Origin: an uncultured Spirochaetota bacterium
GTDB taxonomy: Bacteria; Spirochaetota; UBA4802; UBA5368
NCBI GenBank assembly: GCA_937864375.1
Contig: CALMJO010000262.1
Coordinates: 1 to 56,590 of the forward strand
Reading direction: 5' to 3'
Length of the DNA stretch: 56,590 nt
Under the pieces are notes generated by a model. It was given only the letters and a program-made list of their open reading frames with translations, was not told the origin of the DNA and made no database searches. Shown here piece by piece: positions 56,373 through 56,590 of this stretch (its first letter is position 1; every line of letters begins with the position of its first letter). The position numbers and the translations under genes were made by a program.

Positions 56373-56546
56373 TTATTTACCCAGATCGGTGAGGACTTTG
56401 GAATACAGGTCGAAGTATTCCGATTCCGCGAACTTCCTGATCACATCCTCGGGGAGCTTGTCAAACAGCTTGTCAAGATACCATAACAGGTTTTTCAGCA
56501 CGTGCTTCTTCTCCGCCGGGATCGTATCGATGAAGCGCTCCAGGTC
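56373..56546 (-). CDS. Hypothetical protein, C-terminal fragment only (the N-terminus is lost at the contig/adapter boundary)
   Basis: The frame ...DLERFIDTIPAEKKHVLKNLLWYLDKLFDKLPEDVIRKFAESEYFDLYSKVLTDLGK stops 1 nt before the start of the next gene. The apparent MYKRQ start in the track is encoded by adapter sequence. Confidence 0.5.
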   Translation of the reverse strand, partial: DLERFIDTIPAEKKHVLKNLLWYLDKLFDKLPEDVIRKFAESEYFDLYSKVLTDLGK

Positions 56547-56590
56547 CTGTCTCTTATACACATCTGACGCTGCCGACGAATAGAGAGGTG
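56547..56590. other. Nextera/Tn5 adapter read-through (non-biological sequence)
   Basis: CTGTCTCTTATACACATCT (the mosaic end) is followed by GACGCTGCCGACGA, then ATAGAGAG (the reverse complement of i5 index CTCTCTAT), then GTG. Confidence 0.95.

Noticed and set aside
1-56590. CRISPR arrays, rRNA/tRNA genes, prophage genes, toxin-antitoxin pairs, or defence-system genes (restriction, Cas, retron reverse transcriptase, etc.)
   Set aside because: No direct-repeat/spacer pattern, no rRNA/tRNA-like conserved blocks, and no such protein signatures were seen in any frame. The only mobile DNA recognised is the IS fragment at the 5' end.

Overview
A 56.6-kb, roughly 60% GC contig, probably metagenome-assembled. 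The last 44 nt are Nextera adapter read-through, and the first ~1.36 kb are a lower-GC IS element that runs off the edge. No rRNA, tRNA or CRISPR array was recognised. Gene order is as follows. (1) A partial IS1595-type transposase on the minus strand, missing from the ORF track, abuts a 3'-truncated comM. (2) A 5'-nucleotidase, then dus-rsmI, then flgM behind a consensus sigma-28 promoter. (3) An operon of a ligand-less Fe-ADH-family protein with larB and larC. (4) A 24-kb run of 30 co-directional minus-strand genes (34175 to 10141). It holds a non-proteobacterial flagellar export and regulation cluster: NodB deacetylase, DUF115/Maf, flbD, fliL, fliY, fliO, fliPQR, flhB, flhA, flhF, flhG, fliA and fapA, plus three unknown genes. 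These are followed by cheR-cheD, yicC-remA-gmk-rpoZ, miaA-hfq, an SPFH protein, a 29-aa bS22-like basic peptide also missing from the ORF track, and cheW. (5) A nitroreductase, then dedA preceded by a Cys/His-rich unknown ORF. (6) An ion and solute transport block: an NhaD/ArsB-type antiporter, a membrane pyrophosphatase behind a ~580-nt leader, a KimA-like K+ transporter, AlsT and an APC permease. (7) Envelope and lipoprotein genes (including an OmpL47-type repeat protein, a TPR protein and a Cache-like lipoprotein), a NUDIX hydrolase, pdxA, bactofilin, a LysM-M23 peptidase and a GAF plus degenerate-GGDEF protein. No recognised defence or mobile system was found beyond the IS. The most hypothesis-generating loci are the ligand-less Fe-ADH gene coupled to larBC, the two hand-recovered genes, the unknown genes inside the flagellar cluster, and the Cys/His ORF coupled to dedA. 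All family assignments come from motif recognition by eye, since no searches could be run.
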